Positions 1 through 8,125 of a stretch of DNA of 64,000 nt are shown here, piece after piece (within the stretch, counting starts at the first letter, position 1; every line of letters begins with the position of its first letter). The stretch is from a virus, in the IMG/VR virus record IMGVR_UViG_3300025141_012285, positions 1 through 64,000 of that record; one strand, 5' to 3'. The notes beneath the pieces were generated by a model, which was given only the letters and a program-made list of their open reading frames with translations, did not search any database and was not told where the DNA came from. The translations under genes were made by a program, and so were the position numbers.

Positions 1-168
1 CAGCCGGTGTATTCGTGATCGGAGACTTTACCGCCCCTGCTGGCGGCTACCATTCACAGACCACATCGTGCCATGTGAACCTTAGCAAGCGCATGACCGG
101 TAACCCGGTGATCATGCACCCGAAGGTGTGGGAGTGTTCCCCGATGAGCGAGAGCAAGCCCTTTTGAA

Positions 169-372
169 ATGAACAAGTTTAAGCCCGGTGATCTGGTGAG
201 GATCAAAGATGGAACACATCAGGATGAGATCCCTGATCATCGGGTTGGCATGATCGTGGAGTTGGGTGAAACCTCTAAGTCATACACAAAGGCGTATACA
301 GTTGTTTTTCTCGGCACTGACGTACCCCTAAAGTTTCACGAGATGTTCTTGGAACACTTTACATCCTCTTGA
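169..372 (+). CDS. small KOW/SH3-like hypothetical protein
   Basis: FKPGDLVRIK...VGMIVE pattern shared with many small ORFs in this window. Confidence 0.7.
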   Translation: MNKFKPGDLVRIKDGTHQDEIPDHRVGMIVELGETSKSYTKAYTVVFLGTDVPLKFHEMFLEHFTSS

Positions 373-412
373 CATTTTTAACCTTGACGATGGCCCTTTT
401 CGGCGTTATATT
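358..412 (+). promoter_or_regulatory. sigma70-type early promoter with two upstream -35-like boxes
   Basis: TTTACA 358, TTGACA 369, -35 TTGACG 384-389, 17 bp spacer, -10 TATATT 407-412; SD AAGGAG before ATG 438. Confidence 0.8.
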
Positions 413-437
413 ATAGGTATAGAAAGGAGAAAAATCT

Positions 438-635
438 ATGTTCACCGCGATCCCGCTTATCCGCACCGACGACGATTCTAAACTGACAGCCATCGAGCGC
501 ACCGCCATAGGTTGCGAGCAAATGATCACCGCCATAATGATGCAAGCGACGATGGATGATCCACAAGTGACAGCCGCCGAGCGTGAAGTCTATACAACTT
601 TAAGTGTGGCCACCATCATTCCAGCGGAGGCATAG
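438..635 (+). CDS. hypothetical early protein
   Basis: ORF with strong SD directly downstream of the promoter. Confidence 0.7.
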   Translation: MFTAIPLIRTDDDSKLTAIERTAIGCEQMITAIMMQATMDDPQVTAAEREVYTTLSVATIIPAEA

Positions 636-636
636 A

Positions 637-804
637 GTGGGTTTGACCAAAGACGAGATTATCGACTTGATCGATTGTGTGAACAACCGCATTGATGACC
701 TGCATACATGTGCCATGTATGGCGACGGAACAGAAATAGCATGCGAGATAGAAAGGATGGAAACCCTGATCGCCAAACTTGAGAGTGAGGTAAATAATGT
801 CTGA
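637..804 (+). CDS. hypothetical early protein (LTxxEIxxLxxC N-terminus)
   Basis: GTG at 637 after GGAGG; N-terminus resembles the 1649 ORF. Confidence 0.6.
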   Translation: MGLTKDEIIDLIDCVNNRIDDLHTCAMYGDGTEIACEIERMETLIAKLESEVNNV

Positions 805-1117
805 TTTACCTATCGTTGTCAGTATGAATCCGATGCTTTACACCGATAAGGCCGGTCAGAAGTGGGCGGTGTCTGGTCAGCATTGGGTGGAAGTGCCTGA
901 CACGCTGACACTGGACGAGGTTGACAAGTACATGATCGTGGAGCAGCGTGAACCACCCGCTGTATCGCGTGACGTTCGCTCCTATGAGGTTCAAGGCAGC
1001 AAGGGGAATACCTACACCGTGAGCGACAACGGAGGAACGTGGACCTGCACGTGTCCCGGCTTTGGCTGGCGACGGAAGTGCAAGCATGTGGAGGCTCAAA
1101 AGAATGAAAGTCGGTGA
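797..1117 (+). CDS. SWIM zinc-finger protein
   Basis: YTV...WTCTCPGFGWRRKCKHV matches the SWIM CxC...CxH motif; SD GAGG. Confidence 0.85.
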   Translation: MSDLPIVVSMNPMLYTDKAGQKWAVSGQHWVEVPDTLTLDEVDKYMIVEQREPPAVSRDVRSYEVQGSKGNTYTVSDNGGTWTCTCPGFGWRRKCKHVEAQKNESR

Positions 1118-1304
1118 TCTGGTGACATATGCCTTTCAAGCTGCACGATGGCAAAAAGGTCAGTCAGTGCATGTTGGTCTGGTTGTCGAGACTGGAAAGT
1201 ATACCGGCAACTGCGACGTTAAAGTTTTGTGGAAAGGAGGCGCTGTTGTGCTTACCGAAGCAAGCCAACATCTTTCACTCGTTGACGATTCCTTGACAAA
1301 ATAA
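1104..1304 (+). CDS. small KOW/SH3-like protein
   Basis: MKVGDLV...VGLVVE...VKVLW; ATG 1104 overlaps the upstream gene. Confidence 0.7.
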   Translation: MKVGDLVTYAFQAARWQKGQSVHVGLVVETGKYTGNCDVKVLWKGGAVVLTEASQHLSLVDDSLTK

Positions 1305-1336
1305 CCCTTGACGATCACCGCTTTCCGTGCTATAAT
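1282..1336 (+). promoter_or_regulatory. sigma70-type early promoter, triple TTGAC
   Basis: TTGACG 1282, TTGACA 1293, -35 TTGACG 1308, 17 bp spacer, TGn-TATAAT 1331-1336. Confidence 0.85.
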
Positions 1337-1342
1337 TATAAT

Positions 1343-1504
1343 ATGAATCAGGAAATTAAACCAATGTCGAATGCCCCCCAGCAGCGGCATCCCCGCGAGG
1401 AAAAAAAGAGGCAGCAGCTTATTCGCGCTGCTGGTGTGGCGTGGGTAATCCTTGTCTCCATTTACATCGGGCTTTTTATTCACTGGGCGACTTGCCCTCT
1501 TTAG
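1343..1504 (+). CDS. small membrane protein
   Basis: 53 aa ORF read manually, C-terminal hydrophobic helix ending FIHWATCPL; alternative start at 1364. Confidence 0.5.
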   Translation: MNQEIKPMSNAPQQRHPREEKKRQQLIRAAGVAWVILVSIYIGLFIHWATCPL

Positions 1505-1514
1505 GAACACAAAC

Positions 1515-1640
1515 ATGGAAAAGACAACTATGACGATTTTACAAAACCGGGTTATGATGGCCGCCGTCGCTGCCGATGCAGTTTGCTGGGGCGCTCTCGT
1601 ATTCTTTACTATTCACTTTTTTCAATGCCCAGCGGCATAG
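1515..1640 (+). CDS. small membrane protein
   Basis: SD AGGA; hydrophobic helix ending TIHFFQCPAA, similar to the upstream ORF. Confidence 0.55.
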   Translation: MEKTTMTILQNRVMMAAVAADAVCWGALVFFTIHFFQCPAA

Positions 1641-1648
1641 GGAGCAAA

Positions 1649-2044
1649 ATGACGATTGACCTGACAAACCGAGAGATTGAATTGTTGATGGGCTGCATTG
1701 GCACCAATATCGAAACCGTCAAGCGGCGGCACGATCCTGCCGATCCGATGATTGCTGAACTGATCGAAGAACTTTTTGAACTTGAGACGGATCTGCGCGA
1801 GGCTTTACATCGCCCAGATGATTTTGGGCTGGTTGCGGTTGCTGCCGAGCATGATCGCGCGGGTGAGGTTTTTATGGTCGCAGAAGATGATTTCATTCAG
1901 CGCGGAATGGATGCACGCGAGAAGGCGAAAGCGAGCAGCCGAGCAGCCGATCGCCGAAACTTTAACCTCAAAGGGCGAGATAAAAAGTTGTCAGCGCAAC
2001 AGAAACATGATGTATGGGATGCGAGCGATCCGAGGAACTGGTAA
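1649..2044 (+). CDS. hypothetical early protein
   Basis: SD GGAG, ATG 1649 (MTIDLTNREIELL). Confidence 0.7.
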   Translation: MTIDLTNREIELLMGCIGTNIETVKRRHDPADPMIAELIEELFELETDLREALHRPDDFGLVAVAAEHDRAGEVFMVAEDDFIQRGMDAREKAKASSRAADRRNFNLKGRDKKLSAQQKHDVWDASDPRNW

Positions 2045-2130
2045 GTATATGAAACTATTGACTATTTTGGCCACGCTTTCGACTCCCGGATCTGGCTCCG
2101 TGTTCGATCCGACGCACGTTAACATCCTTG

Positions 2131-2185
2131 TTGACATTCCCTTGACAGAAGCAGCCTTGACTTTGGCCCATCCCGGTGTTATATT
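2131..2185 (+). promoter_or_regulatory. sigma70-type early promoter, triple TTGAC
   Basis: TTGACA 2131, TTGACA 2142, -35 TTGACT 2157, 17 bp spacer, TGn-TATATT 2180-2185. Confidence 0.85.
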
Positions 2186-2209
2186 ATAGGTATAGAAAAG
2201 GAAAAAACT

Positions 2210-2401
2210 ATGGACCTCAAAACCTTCCGCATCACCTTCCACTTGCTTGAGTGCTTTCGCCCGCGTCAAAGTCGGATCGTGCGCGCGCGCACCAAAGAAG
2301 AAGCAAAGAGCGCATTTCTTCAAGACTCGACGGTGCCATCTAACGCCATCAAGACCTCTCTGAACATCAAACAAATCGATCGCCAAAAGGTGCCGGCATG
2401 A
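2210..2401 (+). CDS. hypothetical early protein
   Basis: SD AAGGA, first gene after the promoter. Confidence 0.7.
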   Translation: MDLKTFRITFHLLECFRPRQSRIVRARTKEEAKSAFLQDSTVPSNAIKTSLNIKQIDRQKVPA

Positions 2402-2568
2402 AAGTCGGTGATCTGATTCAGATGAACACTTACGGAGTCCGGCACGGACCGGTCGGCATCATTGTCAGCGCCGCGCTATCGCTGCCGAGTGACTGGTGGA
2501 TCGTTGAGTGGGCTGGTACTGGTGAGCGCGAGACTGTAAGAGAAAATCACATAAGACTAGTCTATTGA
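2398..2568 (+). CDS. small KOW/SH3-like protein
   Basis: 56 aa read manually: MKVGDLIQ...VGIIV...IVEW; first 18 nt identical to the 1104 ORF; ATGA coupling. Confidence 0.7.
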   Translation: MKVGDLIQMNTYGVRHGPVGIIVSAALSLPSDWWIVEWAGTGERETVRENHIRLVY

Positions 2569-2620
2569 CATTCACTTGACAACTTAGTTGTTGACAATCA
2601 CCCCGTTTTAATGGTATAAT
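2565..2620 (+). promoter_or_regulatory. sigma70-type early promoter, triple TTGACA
   Basis: TTGACA at 2565, 2576 and 2591; 18 bp spacer; TGn-TATAAT 2615-2620. Confidence 0.85.
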
Positions 2621-2647
2621 GGTTATACCAAATAAGGAGAAACCACC

Positions 2648-2887
2648 ATGGCTTCACAACTCGACACCGTTATACTTTTCGCAGATGCCTGCGATACCTT
2701 CATCACTGAGATCCTTCCGATGATCCAAGAGGACGAGCAGCGTCTTGGTCATATTGATATGCCAGCACGTTGCGAGGAATGGAACAACTGGATCGATGGG
2801 CTGAACCAAGACGATCAGATCAGCGATTGGCAAGTGGAGAACTGGAGCCACATCACCGATGTGTCACCCGCGTTACAGCGCCGTTGA
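2648..2887 (+). CDS. hypothetical early protein (acidic, Trp-rich)
   Basis: SD TAAGGAG. Confidence 0.75.
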   Translation: MASQLDTVILFADACDTFITEILPMIQEDEQRLGHIDMPARCEEWNNWIDGLNQDDQISDWQVENWSHITDVSPALQRR

Positions 2888-2938
2888 CATTCACTTGACA
2901 ACTTTGTTGTTGACTTTCCCCCATTTTTCGTGTATAAT
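2884..2938 (+). promoter_or_regulatory. sigma70-type early promoter, triple TTGAC
   Basis: TTGACA 2884 and 2895, -35 TTGACT 2910, 17 bp spacer, TATAAT 2933-2938; near-duplicate of 2565-2596. Confidence 0.85.
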
Positions 2939-2966
2939 ATAGTATATCAAGTAAGGAGATATATCA

Positions 2967-3368
2967 ATGCCCACAGCTTTCACCCTCGATCAACTCACTG
3001 ACTCCAACGACGATTTTCGGTATCGTCCCGATCCGATGATCAACAACATCGAGATCACATCAAGCCGCAAAAAGGCATATCGCCCGCAACCGGCACCACC
3101 GACGCGGAAGCAACTCACCGGCTGGACCGTGGAGCAAGTGGGTCCGAAGATGTGGCGCGTGTTCCGCAACTCGACCACGCAAGGCAAGCAAGCCGTCATT
3201 GACTACAATACGCCCGAGGGCGCGCAGTCATTCGCTGACGGTTGCAACGGGGAGCACAAGAGCCCCACAAAGATGAGCGCAGCCAGCCTCCGCAACAAAG
3301 CCAAGGAGCATCTGAGCGATGAAGAAAAGGCCGAGCTTGCTGCGCTTGCTGCCGGCGAGGGCATCTAA
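2967..3368 (+). CDS. hypothetical early protein
   Basis: SD TAAGGAG, 133 aa. Confidence 0.75.
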   Translation: MPTAFTLDQLTDSNDDFRYRPDPMINNIEITSSRKKAYRPQPAPPTRKQLTGWTVEQVGPKMWRVFRNSTTQGKQAVIDYNTPEGAQSFADGCNGEHKSPTKMSAASLRNKAKEHLSDEEKAELAALAAGEGI

Positions 3369-3680
3369 ATGAAATACTACATATCACAGACAATCGTGGA
3401 AATGGTTGACGGTCGCCTGACCGGTCGTGAGGTAGTGTTGACCCGTGCGGATGCCCGCGTTGACAAGGATGGCGCGAGGTATGAGAATGTTAAGCGATTC
3501 ATGCAGAAGATGAGAGCGTTAGGAATCGAGAACCTTCATATAAATGAGTACGAGAAGAAGCGTTACAATAGACTCATCCGTGAACAGAACAAGCGGCACA
3601 AAGAAAGAAAGCTGACCGTTGGCGATATTGCTCAGATGACTGAACAGTTTGACGCCGAGGCCACCACTCCAAATGTTTAA
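3369..3680 (+). CDS. hypothetical protein
   Basis: abuts the upstream stop codon, 103 aa. Confidence 0.7.
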   Translation: MKYYISQTIVEMVDGRLTGREVVLTRADARVDKDGARYENVKRFMQKMRALGIENLHINEYEKKRYNRLIREQNKRHKERKLTVGDIAQMTEQFDAEATTPNV

Positions 3681-3852
3681 GCCCGGAGAGTTAATAAAAA
3701 GAAAATCCTTACGAGCAGATCGAACCCGCGCTTATCGGGTTGTAGTAGATAAGGATGAGAATAACTATACAGTATATAATAACTCTCTTAAATGTTTACA
3801 GATCGTTGCTGTGCCTGTTATAGAAGGCTTATATGGTAAAGTGGTACAATAA
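3673..3852 (+). CDS. small KOW/SH3-like protein
   Basis: MFKPGELIK...VVVD pattern. Confidence 0.55.
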   Translation: MFKPGELIKRKSLRADRTRAYRVVVDKDENNYTVYNNSLKCLQIVAVPVIEGLYGKVVQ

Positions 3853-4076
3853 TATAGCTGTGGCTCTTGGTCTATCTCTACTCTTTCGTAATATGGTGTC
3901 TTGTCTGACAGTGTTCTATAATGTGTTTGTAAATGTGTCTGGATTGTGCTGGGATCTTAGTATATACACGCCATCACACCAAACGTCAAGCCGTGAGTTT
4001 AATGCGACAAGCAAACCGAGCAATATCATATACTTACACTGCCGTGTATCACCAACGATTTCAACTACTTAGCCGC

Positions 4077-4129
4077 TTTACAATCTTTTTACATATGCGC
4101 TTGACAACTGCCCGTCAGCGTGATATGCT
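4077..4129 (+). promoter_or_regulatory. sigma70-type promoter with upstream -35-like boxes
   Basis: TTTACA 4077 and 4088, -35 TTGACA 4101, 17 bp spacer, TGn-TATGCT 4124-4129. Confidence 0.7.
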
Positions 4130-4153
4130 ATACACAGGGCAGGAGAGAAGAAG

Positions 4154-4231
4154 ATGAACACAGAAACCACCGACGATCTCATAGGCACCCTTATCGTGGG
4201 AGGACTGTTTATTCTTATTATGATGATATGA
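4154..4231 (+). CDS. 25 aa hydrophobic peptide
   Basis: SD AGGAG, MNTETTDDLIGTLIVGGLFILIMMI, own promoter. Confidence 0.4.
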   Translation: MNTETTDDLIGTLIVGGLFILIMMI

Positions 4232-4316
4232 CACTATATATGACACACTACCCGTAGTGTCTGCACGTGCCAATCATTAGCCAAAACCGGCGTATAGAGA
4301 ATGCGACACACTATAT

Positions 4317-4664
4317 ATGGATTTGTGTTTGTTTACGATAGGAGACCGCAAGTTCTCTGCTTACGAGATTGACATACTATATTTGTTGATGGAGGACGAT
4401 GATGGCGATTGGACTGTGGGCGATATTGCAGGTTCTTTGCCCTATATCGCTGATCACCTATGGGACGGCGTACAATCTCTTATACTGTCCGGCATACTTG
4501 AACGGACTGACATGACCCAACCGCTCGAGGCCGTAGAAATAATATCTGTAACTGTACCTGATGATGCCCGCCATTGGTTAGACGACCACTCCAGCGATAT
4601 AGACGATGCATTCATACTATTAAATCCTGACATGTTTGATGTGACAGTACCAGCAGAGGCATGA
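4317..4664 (+). CDS. acidic hypothetical protein, possible winged-helix
   Basis: ILYLL...WTVGDIA...VQSLILSGIL pattern resembles wHTH; very acidic. Confidence 0.55.
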   Translation: MDLCLFTIGDRKFSAYEIDILYLLMEDDDGDWTVGDIAGSLPYIADHLWDGVQSLILSGILERTDMTQPLEAVEIISVTVPDDARHWLDDHSSDIDDAFILLNPDMFDVTVPAEA

Positions 4665-4792
4665 TGGCGAGACTAAAGAGAGTATTAAATAAGGTAGGTT
4701 CTAAGGCGCTTATCATGGGATACTATGCGCCAGTGATACTATACGTATACAGTTGCGTTATATATAAAGGTATTAAATCATACAGTAAACAT

Positions 4793-4855
4793 ATGACAAA
4801 GACTTGACAGCATGATTGACATTCTTTTGACATATTGTTTGACAAGCATTTGACA
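4793..4855 (+). repeat. phased array of six (A/T)TGACA hexamers
   Basis: ATGACA 4793; TTGACA 4804, 4816, 4827, 4839, 4850 (period 11-12 bp). Confidence 0.9.
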
Positions 4856-4860
4856 CGTAA

Positions 4861-4886
4861 GGGTACCCCCCCACCCCCCTACCCGG
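4861..4886. other. GGGTACCC palindrome plus C7/C6/C3 tracts (G-tracts on the minus strand)
   Basis: GGGTACCCCCCCACCCCCCTACCCGG immediately after the TTGACA array. Confidence 0.7.
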
Positions 4887-4989
4887 AATGTATGTGCCAT
4901 GCGTTATGCATGCGGTGAGAGCCAAGCTTAGCCTCTTTTCAATACCGCTGAAAAAAATGAGATATTAAATATTCCACGATATATACAAT

Positions 4990-5262
4990 GTGGGATTTAA
5001 GGAGCTATTTCAAAAGGCACCTAGTCACGACTTCGCAGTCGGGGACCTCGTTACGTGCAGCTGCCATGGCGGTCAGGCCATCATCCTCCGCATCTTCGAT
5101 GGGGTTAACGAGAAGGAAGCTGACTTTCCATCGATGAATATGGTGGAGATATGGTGGCTACGCTACCCACATCCGGGGGTAAAAGAAAGAATGTGGGTGC
5201 ATACAATATCCAGATTAAGAAAGATGCCCAAATTTTGCGCGCCTAAAAATTTTGCAGTTTAG
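4990..5262 (+). CDS. small KOW/SH3-like protein
   Basis: FAVGDLV...AIIL...VEIWW; GTG start 4 nt after TATATA. Confidence 0.7.
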   Translation: MGFKELFQKAPSHDFAVGDLVTCSCHGGQAIILRIFDGVNEKEADFPSMNMVEIWWLRYPHPGVKERMWVHTISRLRKMPKFCAPKNFAV

Positions 5263-5276
5263 GGCATATATAAGAT

Positions 5277-5531
5277 GTGGATGAACCAGCAGATTTCATG
5301 GGCCAATTGCATTCCGGCGAATTGGTGATATACTCGGAATACAGTTACTACCCGGGCCTAACATCGTCATTAAGGGATGAGGTTAGGAATGACGATATGG
5401 GGATAGTAATGGGGAAGATTACAACAGTTTTAGGGTATACCACATATCAAGTATTGTGGCTTAGGACGGGTGTCATGACGAATGTAGCCAGAGCCAACCT
5501 TAAATTGGCATATACCACAGAACGTGACTAA
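5277..5531 (+). CDS. small KOW/SH3-like protein
   Basis: GELVIY...MGIV...YQVLW. Confidence 0.7.
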   Translation: MDEPADFMGQLHSGELVIYSEYSYYPGLTSSLRDEVRNDDMGIVMGKITTVLGYTTYQVLWLRTGVMTNVARANLKLAYTTERD

Positions 5532-5539
5532 TTAAGAGC

Positions 5540-5785
5540 ATGAAGATTACTAAATCCAGATTACATGAAATCATTGTTGAAGAACTAACAAAGACCGACA
5601 AAGCGGAAATAAAGCGCATGATTGCCAGAGAACTTAAGTCCATGGTGGAAGACGAAGTCGCAAAGGCAATCAAATCTAAGGGCATCAAAGACGATATAGG
5701 TGATATATCGAAAAAGATCTTGAAGAAGTTGTACAAAGATATGTCGGTGCACCACCCGTATATTATTGATAGAATAAAAGTATAA
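5540..5785 (+). CDS. hypothetical protein with MKITKSRLxEIIxEE leader (putative virion/head protein)
   Basis: leader type common in large-phage proteins. Confidence 0.75.
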   Translation: MKITKSRLHEIIVEELTKTDKAEIKRMIARELKSMVEDEVAKAIKSKGIKDDIGDISKKILKKLYKDMSVHHPYIIDRIKV

Positions 5786-5826
5786 CACTACTTATACATT
5801 CACTAACTGGATTAAAGGATAATACC

Positions 5827-6084
5827 ATGTTTAAAACGAAGATTGCAATACTGGCCATGAGCGCCGTAACTGCAGCCACGACCGCAGCGCAAACGGAAAT
5901 GATCCGAGAGTACAGCCCCCCGAGTCGATCTATATCGGCCATACCCGTACCACCTGTGGGCGATACTGTCTCTGCAAAAGTAGTATATTCTCCAGTGACA
6001 CAGTGTGATCACCTTGAGCCCGGCATGGACATCGACATTATTAGCGCTTGTGCTGCTAAACGTGTTGGTTGGTTAAAACTATAG
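5827..6084 (+). CDS. exported hypothetical protein
   Basis: SD AAGGA, signal-peptide-like N-terminus. Confidence 0.6.
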   Translation: MFKTKIAILAMSAVTAATTAAQTEMIREYSPPSRSISAIPVPPVGDTVSAKVVYSPVTQCDHLEPGMDIDIISACAAKRVGWLKL

Positions 6085-6100
6085 GCGCCCTAGTTAGGGT

Positions 6101-6340
6101 GTGGACCTTCTACCCGGTATGCTCCTGTATGATGCACAGGATAAGAGCTTAACGATCCTTATACGGCGCTTTTGGTCGTACGAAGGACTGCAGCCGCCGA
6201 GTTATGTATACGCGGATGATTTTTTGAAGGTATGGGTCTGGGAAACAGTGTCGTCAAAAGAAGGAAGAGTCGTTTATTCCGAGGGTGGGCTGATTAATCT
6301 CATTAAAGCGGACGTATTCATCATCCTAGGTGATATATAG
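6101..6340 (+). CDS. small SH3-like hypothetical protein
   Basis: PGMLL...LIRR...WVWE...YSEGGL, resembles the next ORF. Confidence 0.65.
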   Translation: MDLLPGMLLYDAQDKSLTILIRRFWSYEGLQPPSYVYADDFLKVWVWETVSSKEGRVVYSEGGLINLIKADVFIILGDI

Positions 6341-6343
6341 AAC

Positions 6344-6619
6344 ATGAAGTTTTCTTTGCGCAATGAGTGCCAGCAATTAATGCTAAGCTGCGGCGATATG
6401 ATTATTGATACTACATGTAATAATGTGGGAATCTTGGTCGACCGTGTTCGGCGCATTAGTATGGAAGACGATGATGTGTATTTCTGGAGTGTTGTATGGG
6501 CGGAAGAGCCTCACAAGAATGCCGGCGTGCCTATGACCCTGCATATGGAAGAAGAAGGCCTTAAGCTATCTATTGTGATCGGCTTATATGATTTGTTTTG
6601 TCCGGAAGAAGAACGCTAG
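6344..6619 (+). CDS. small SH3-like hypothetical protein
   Basis: GDMII...VGILV...WSVVW...EEEGL. Confidence 0.7.
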   Translation: MKFSLRNECQQLMLSCGDMIIDTTCNNVGILVDRVRRISMEDDDVYFWSVVWAEEPHKNAGVPMTLHMEEEGLKLSIVIGLYDLFCPEEER

Positions 6620-6639
6620 AGAAAATTTTAGGAAAAAAT

Positions 6640-6894
6640 ATGAAAAAAATTTCGCTGCATGATGACCAAGAACCTTCACCCCGACCATGGTCCGTCGGCG
6701 ATCTAGTAAAAATCAACATCCGCGAACTGGATGTGTGTGCTCATTCCGACACCGGGATCATTGTTTCCGTTGAGACTGGGCGTTTTTATAACCAAGTGGA
6801 AATGTTCCCCATGATTAGAGTTTTCAATCTCAAAACAAGCCAAGTTAATAAAATATATTCTTATAACTTGGAGATTCTTTCCCCCTACCAATAG
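6640..6894 (+). CDS. small KOW/SH3-like protein
   Basis: WSVGDLVKI...TGIIV; SD AGGA. Confidence 0.7.
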   Translation: MKKISLHDDQEPSPRPWSVGDLVKINIRELDVCAHSDTGIIVSVETGRFYNQVEMFPMIRVFNLKTSQVNKIYSYNLEILSPYQ

Positions 6895-6905
6895 TTACTT
6901 ATGGA

Positions 6906-7076
6906 ATGAAGTATTTCAAGCGCAAATACAAACAAATATGCATCGGAGCTTTTATCATCAATGTGGGGTTATTTATATTTGCGTATAAAATGGATTTCTA
7001 TGACTTGGAGGTTTTAAGTATCTTAAACATGATTTTTCTTAGTTTTACTATGTTGCTCGATACAAATAAAACTTAA
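6906..7076 (+). CDS. small membrane protein
   Basis: 56 aa read manually, two hydrophobic segments. Confidence 0.55.
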   Translation: MKYFKRKYKQICIGAFIINVGLFIFAYKMDFYDLEVLSILNMIFLSFTMLLDTNKT

Positions 7077-7103
7077 AGCATATTTATTGAAAGGGGTTAT
7101 AAA

Positions 7104-8114
7104 ATGATTTTCGCATTCATGCTTAGTCTGTTATCCTGCACTAACGATTACGCAGTGATTAATTCGAAGGAGCCAGAGACTATAGTTATCACGGAAACTG
7201 TAACGGAGACAGTGACGGTAACAACTGAGGTGGAGGTGCCCATCTATATTGAGGTGGAAGTACCGGTTAATGAAGGTGAGATTTGGATCGACTCCTTTAC
7301 TCAGCATATGTCAGTTGATGGAATTGATATATTGTGGGTAGTCGACCGGTCTGGGTCAATGAACCGATTCAACGCAGAGCTATTGGCTGGTGTGGAGGCC
7401 ATGCTAGCAGCGCTCCCAGTGGCTGATTGGAGGCTTGTTATGATTAGTGCAGACCCAACAAAATCTGTGCTAAGTACGGAGTTCCCTCTTGTGCCCGGCG
7501 ATACTATTGCTGACGCAGAGTCTATGCTAAACACACTTGTTATGGCCCCATGGGAGCAGGGATTCAACTCCGTCTATGATTATATGGTATATAACCCTTA
7601 TGCCTCTACATGGATGCGCCCAGAGGCTGGTTTATTGGTTGTATTTGTTTCTGATGAGGAAGAACAAAGCCACATTGAGTGGCCGGCCCCATCTGATTTT
7701 TTGAGCTGGTATGGCTCTCTCCGAATGGGTTCCGTTTTTATGGCTAGCGTTGCAAATGTTGAAAGAGAAGACTCTAAGTGTGAGTTCCCTCCCAGTCCAA
7801 TTGATGTAGGAGAACGTTATATGGAAGCAACCAACCTTCTTGGAGGCGTTGTAGTAGACATATGTGACGTAGATTGGTCACCCGGGGTGACGGATGCAAC
7901 TCATTCGATCGACCCTTATGAGCACATAGTTTTGACACACAAAGCCGAGGCAGATTCCATCAGAGTGTTTATTAATAGTGTGCTCAATCATGATTGGTAC
8001 TATGAAGAATCAGACAATACAGTTTATTTTACTATTATCCCGACTGCAGGTCAGTTAGTAGAAGTGGGATATAGGTATATAGAGTCCCCGGACACCGGAG
8101 ACACTGGATCCTAG
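7104..8114 (+). CDS. VWA-domain lipoprotein
   Basis: lipobox LLSC; MIDAS DILWVVDRSGSM; VVFVSDEEE; (T/V)ET linker; DTGDTG tail. Confidence 0.8.
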   Translation: MIFAFMLSLLSCTNDYAVINSKEPETIVITETVTETVTVTTEVEVPIYIEVEVPVNEGEIWIDSFTQHMSVDGIDILWVVDRSGSMNRFNAELLAGVEAMLAALPVADWRLVMISADPTKSVLSTEFPLVPGDTIADAESMLNTLVMAPWEQGFNSVYDYMVYNPYASTWMRPEAGLLVVFVSDEEEQSHIEWPAPSDFLSWYGSLRMGSVFMASVANVEREDSKCEFPPSPIDVGERYMEATNLLGGVVVDICDVDWSPGVTDATHSIDPYEHIVLTHKAEADSIRVFINSVLNHDWYYEESDNTVYFTIIPTAGQLVEVGYRYIESPDTGDTGS

Positions 8115-8125
8115 GAGGGATAATA

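Noticed and set aside
620-4664. Shared C-terminal PAEA/PA ends (438, 2210 and 4317 ORFs) as ssrA-like degrons
   Set aside because: The PAEA codons contain GAGG/GGAGG, the SD of the next gene, which explains them more simply
4793-4855. TTGACA array as a CRISPR array
   Set aside because: Repeats are 6 bp with 5-6 bp spacers, far too short; no CRISPR-like array was seen anywhere in the window
4918-4940. Imperfect palindrome around AAGCTT followed by TTTTC as a terminator
   Set aside because: Weak stem with mismatches and a short U-tract; not supportable without folding or transcript data
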